Source: a virus | Taxonomy: Duplodnaviria; Caudoviricetes | Virus record (IMG/VR): IMGVR_UViG_3300047507_000013 | Span: 1 to 43,441 of that record | Length of the DNA stretch: 43,441 nt | Strand: one strand, 5' to 3' | In this document: one piece after another, positions 40,659 to 43,441 of the stretch | Layout: each line of letters starts with the position of its first letter | Numbering within the stretch: the first letter of the stretch is position 1 | Position numbers and translations under genes: made by a program | The notes under the pieces: model-generated | What the model was told of the DNA's origin: nothing | Seen by the model: the letters and a program-made list of their open reading frames with translations, nothing else | Database searches by the model: none

Positions 40659-41824
40659 CCGGTGCCTCCTTTTTTCTTCGGCCCGGTCCGCTTGATCGTC
40701 GTGACCATCGTTTTCTTCGGTTTTGTATAGGGTTCTTCGATGCCGTCGATCTGCATTTGTTCCGCTTCGGGGATCTTGCATTCTTTTCCGTTTCGGATTC
40801 CGGTTTTGATTTCGATGTCGAGGACCAGGCCATTCTTTCCATAATATCTGCCCGGGGTCTCTTCATCTCCGATGAGTTTTTCCTTGATCTCATCGAAATT
40901 CTGCTTTGCCTTTTTCGCCGCCTCCTGGAGTTCCAGGAAAAGCTCGAGCTCGACAGTCTCGCTGCGTTCAATCGGCGAGAATCCCGAGGCATGAAGGGGC
41001 CGGCAGACATGGTTAAATCCGCACATCCTGCAAGTGTCCTCCTCGTAGGGGATCGGCGCCGGCAGGGTCCCCGCTGCGACGTGGCGGTTGACTTCCGCCG
41101 CCCTTCCCGTGTCATGGTCCAGGAGATCCTGGTCCAGCATCATGGGCATGATCCGCGGCCGGTAGCCGAAGGTCTTTAAAATCAAAAGGCCTCCCGGGAG
41201 CTTATGGCCGGCGAAATAAAAATTGAGCTGGCTGGCGTGTTTCCTGATCCAGAATTTCGGATGATTCTTGACCTCCCAAATCGTCCGGGTCGTGGCCCAA
41301 TATATCGGGTTGATCGATTTGATCTCGACCGGCAGTTCCCGGATCCCGGAGAAAGTCTCCCTCCAGCGGTCCGGGGTTTCGATCATGCCGTCGATCTTTC
41401 CCGTGATCTTGAATTCCTCCAGGGTGACCCGGGCCTGGGCCTTCACGAGTGTAAAGCCAATCTCATCCAGGAGCGCCTTCGTCCGCTTCTCCTGGTCCTG
41501 GCCTTCCTTGACCCGCCATTCCCCGTCCAGGTCCATTCGCCGCTCTTCCTTCCATCGGGTCCGTTTTAAAACCAGGTTGAGCAGGCAGGGATGGCCGATC
41601 TCCGAGGCCCAATTCGAGGCGCTGTGATCCCAGGGCTCATGATCCTCATGAATCGCGGCGTCCATTTTGGCCCCGACTTCCGCGGCCAGCCGGCAAAGGG
41701 CGCCATAAAAGGCGACGCCGGATTTCGGTTTTTCCTGTGGGATCCCGGAGATTGCATCCAAAAGCCTTTTCTCCTGCTCCGCCATCTTCTGAATTATGGT
41801 GGGGGGGGATTCTTGGCCGCTCAT
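40655..41824 (-). CDS. Cas4-like / PD-(D/E)xK recombination exonuclease with Fe-S cysteines
   Basis: ASEIGHPC, GKIDG, VEIKS, QLNFY and CRMCGFNHVC motifs. Confidence 0.85.
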   Translation of the reverse strand: MSGQESPPTIIQKMAEQEKRLLDAISGIPQEKPKSGVAFYGALCRLAAEVGAKMDAAIHEDHEPWDHSASNWASEIGHPCLLNLVLKRTRWKEERRMDLDGEWRVKEGQDQEKRTKALLDEIGFTLVKAQARVTLEEFKITGKIDGMIETPDRWRETFSGIRELPVEIKSINPIYWATTRTIWEVKNHPKFWIRKHASQLNFYFAGHKLPGGLLILKTFGYRPRIMPMMLDQDLLDHDTGRAAEVNRHVAAGTLPAPIPYEEDTCRMCGFNHVCRPLHASGFSPIERSETVELELFLELQEAAKKAKQNFDEIKEKLIGDEETPGRYYGKNGLVLDIEIKTGIRNGKECKIPEAEQMQIDGIEEPYTKPKKTMVTTIKRTGPKKKGGTG

Positions 41825-42927
41825 TTTTTGTCGGTGCCTTTGAAGAGGGCCTGCTGTTCTTCATCTTCATCCGGCGTTTCGGTCTGGACTTCATCGGTCT
41901 TGGAAAATTCCGCTGCATCCTCGAGGGCCACTTTTTCTTCCGTTTCGTCAATCCCGGAAATCATGGCCGTTTTCTTTTCGATTTCCGTCCCTTCCATCCC
42001 TTTCTCCGCTTCTTGGAGCAACCGGCCGAGGTCGGACGGCGTGGTGTCGTGGCGATATCCCCAGACCGTGACCGTGGCTACCCAGCCCTGCTGTCCCTCT
42101 TTGGCGAAAACCCGGGCGACGCCGATGGCCGGATGGTCCTTCAGAATATTCCGGTCGACGATCGTCTGGGCGATCCGGTCTCCGAATCTCTGACGCTGCG
42201 TATGTTCCTCCATGCAGTCGATCGTCGCCTGGTCCTGATAATTGATCCAAAGGCCGAGAGGAGGTTGGGTCGGGAAAAATGCCCAGGCCCCTTCTTTCTT
42301 CGCCGGGGCCTGGTCCTTCGTGCCGTAGACCGCGCAATTCGGAAATTGCTTTTGATCCGTCGGGTGGCCGTCTTTCCAGATAACCCGCTTCATTTTGGCT
42401 TGGATGCTCTGGATGAAATAAGTATAGATGTTATAGAAAAGGGTTTTGTCCACGGCAACCAGAGTCCCGGCCGGCGAATAACCGATCCCGATTTTCCGAA
42501 GGTTGACCGCGGTAATGGCCTTGGTCTCCGGATCCCGCTCGATAAAAGGATTCGGCCGGTCCTTGCCGTCGACGATGACGGCCTGCGGAGTGAGGATCGA
42601 AATGCCGGCGACTTTATTGAGTTGGGTATAGCCGGCGCTCGAGATGATGAAATCCCGGCTACGATCTTGAATAGGGGCGCCTTCCGGCTCTTCGTCCTCG
42701 AATTTCTGGCCGCGCTTTTTCTTCCCGCCGGCCGGCAGGGTGTAGAGATGACCCATCTTCTCAAAGAGAGAAATGTCGGCCTTGATCGGCCGCATGATGG
42801 CGCCGGTCTTGTCTGCCCGGATGTAGACGGTTCCGAAATCGGCGGTCAGGGCGACGACCGATTTCTTTTCCGGTTTTTCGGACGCCTGCTTTTTGGGGGC
42901 CTCTTTCTCTTTGGGTTTCTCAGTCAC
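41821..42927 (-). CDS. Putative single-strand annealing protein (recombinase)
   Basis: Adjacent to the exonuclease. ISSAGYTQLNKVAGI and FGDRIAQTIVDRNILK motifs plus an acidic C-terminal tail resemble Rad52/RecT-type SSAPs. Confidence 0.5.
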   Translation of the reverse strand: MTEKPKEKEAPKKQASEKPEKKSVVALTADFGTVYIRADKTGAIMRPIKADISLFEKMGHLYTLPAGGKKKRGQKFEDEEPEGAPIQDRSRDFIISSAGYTQLNKVAGISILTPQAVIVDGKDRPNPFIERDPETKAITAVNLRKIGIGYSPAGTLVAVDKTLFYNIYTYFIQSIQAKMKRVIWKDGHPTDQKQFPNCAVYGTKDQAPAKKEGAWAFFPTQPPLGLWINYQDQATIDCMEEHTQRQRFGDRIAQTIVDRNILKDHPAIGVARVFAKEGQQGWVATVTVWGYRHDTTPSDLGRLLQEAEKGMEGTEIEKKTAMISGIDETEEKVALEDAAEFSKTDEVQTETPDEDEEQQALFKGTDKK

Positions 42928-43336
42928 GAGGATCCGCCCCCGATGTCGGCTCTTTCGTGGTGTCGATTGTGTGCTGTTCTACGGAATCCATCGGCTCCGC
43001 TTCTTTGGCGATTTCCTTCGCGGCCGCTTTGCTGAAAGGATCGCCCTTGGTCATGTTTTCCTGAACGCGCTTGATCGTTTCGGCCATCTCCGCGGCCGTC
43101 ATCGGCCGGCCGACGATGTCCAGGGCCTCGGCGCCGCTCAGAACGATCGCCCGGTACTCTTCGGGCTTGATTTCTTCCAAGGCTGCGATCTTGGCATTGA
43201 GCGCCGATTCGATCTTGCTGTAGAGTCCGCGGTTGCTGTAATCCGGCGATGTGGTGGTGGTGACCGATCCGTTTCCCTTGCTGAGGAGATTGGCGATTTG
43301 CGCTATCTCCCTCAGCTCCTGAGTGATTCTTGACAT
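42920..43336 (-). CDS. Hypothetical protein
   Basis: 138 aa with AGGAGG RBS. Follows the HTH gene across the circular junction. Confidence 0.7.
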   Translation of the reverse strand: MSRITQELREIAQIANLLSKGNGSVTTTTSPDYSNRGLYSKIESALNAKIAALEEIKPEEYRAIVLSGAEALDIVGRPMTAAEMAETIKRVQENMTKGDPFSKAAAKEIAKEAEPMDSVEQHTIDTTKEPTSGADPRD

Positions 43337-43441
43337 AAATATACCTCCTAAAAAAATTTTGGCTTTTCTTATTTTCCCAAACGCTCGATTTTCTTTTCGA
43401 GGGCATGGAGCTTTTTTATCAATGCTAAAAGTTCGATATGA
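43315..43441. repeat. Terminal direct repeat, right copy (127 bp)
   Basis: Identical to bases 1-127. Confidence 0.95.

Noticed and set aside
40655-41824. Cas4-like gene as part of a CRISPR-Cas system
   Set aside because: No cas1, cas2 or array is present. Its context beside an SSAP-like gene fits a solo phage recombination exonuclease.
41737-43035. 432-aa plus-strand ORF (and other plus-strand ORFs in the track)
   Set aside because: They lie antisense to well-supported, RBS-bearing and coupled minus-strand genes, and their composition is typical of shadow frames.
43315-43441. 127-bp terminal repeat as a biological DTR or att site
   Set aside because: It cuts through coding sequence, and 127 is a common assembler k-mer length. 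It is best explained as the overlap of a circular assembly.
1-43441. Alternative genetic code or tRNA genes
   Set aside because: Standard code 11 gives full-length, densely packed genes ending in all three stop codons, and no cloverleaf with T-loop consensus was noticed by eye. A tRNAscan run was not possible.

Overview
This window is an apparently complete, circular tailed-phage genome of about 43,314 bp. Bases 1-127 are repeated exactly at 43315-43441. The morphology is siphovirus-like: tape measure protein, tail tube and chaperone frameshift are present, and no sheath was found. Every credible gene is on the minus strand. In transcription order the modules are: HTH regulator, putative SSAP, Cas4-like nuclease and ParB; RHH protein, replication initiator with an internal iteron origin, and RusA; a cell-envelope module (GH-A-like lipoprotein, RlpA, holin-like protein); HNH genes, DUF5131 and MazG-like; amidase and spanin-like lysis genes; a ParB-methyltransferase and a PAPS reductase; TerS, TerL, portal, scaffold and capsid; a cluster of four glycosyltransferase-like genes plus a methyltransferase directly after the major capsid gene; head-tail and tail genes; and an early operon of small unknown genes. 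No integrase, tRNA, CRISPR array or reverse transcriptase was recognised. The most striking unexplained signal is in the early operon (1653-3588). There, five copies of a conserved, covarying multi-stem RNA element each sit just upstream of a ribosome-binding site, behind a strong sigma70 promoter and a very U-poor leader. The second major candidate is a virion-glycosylation cluster. All functional calls come from motif recognition by eye; no database searches were run.
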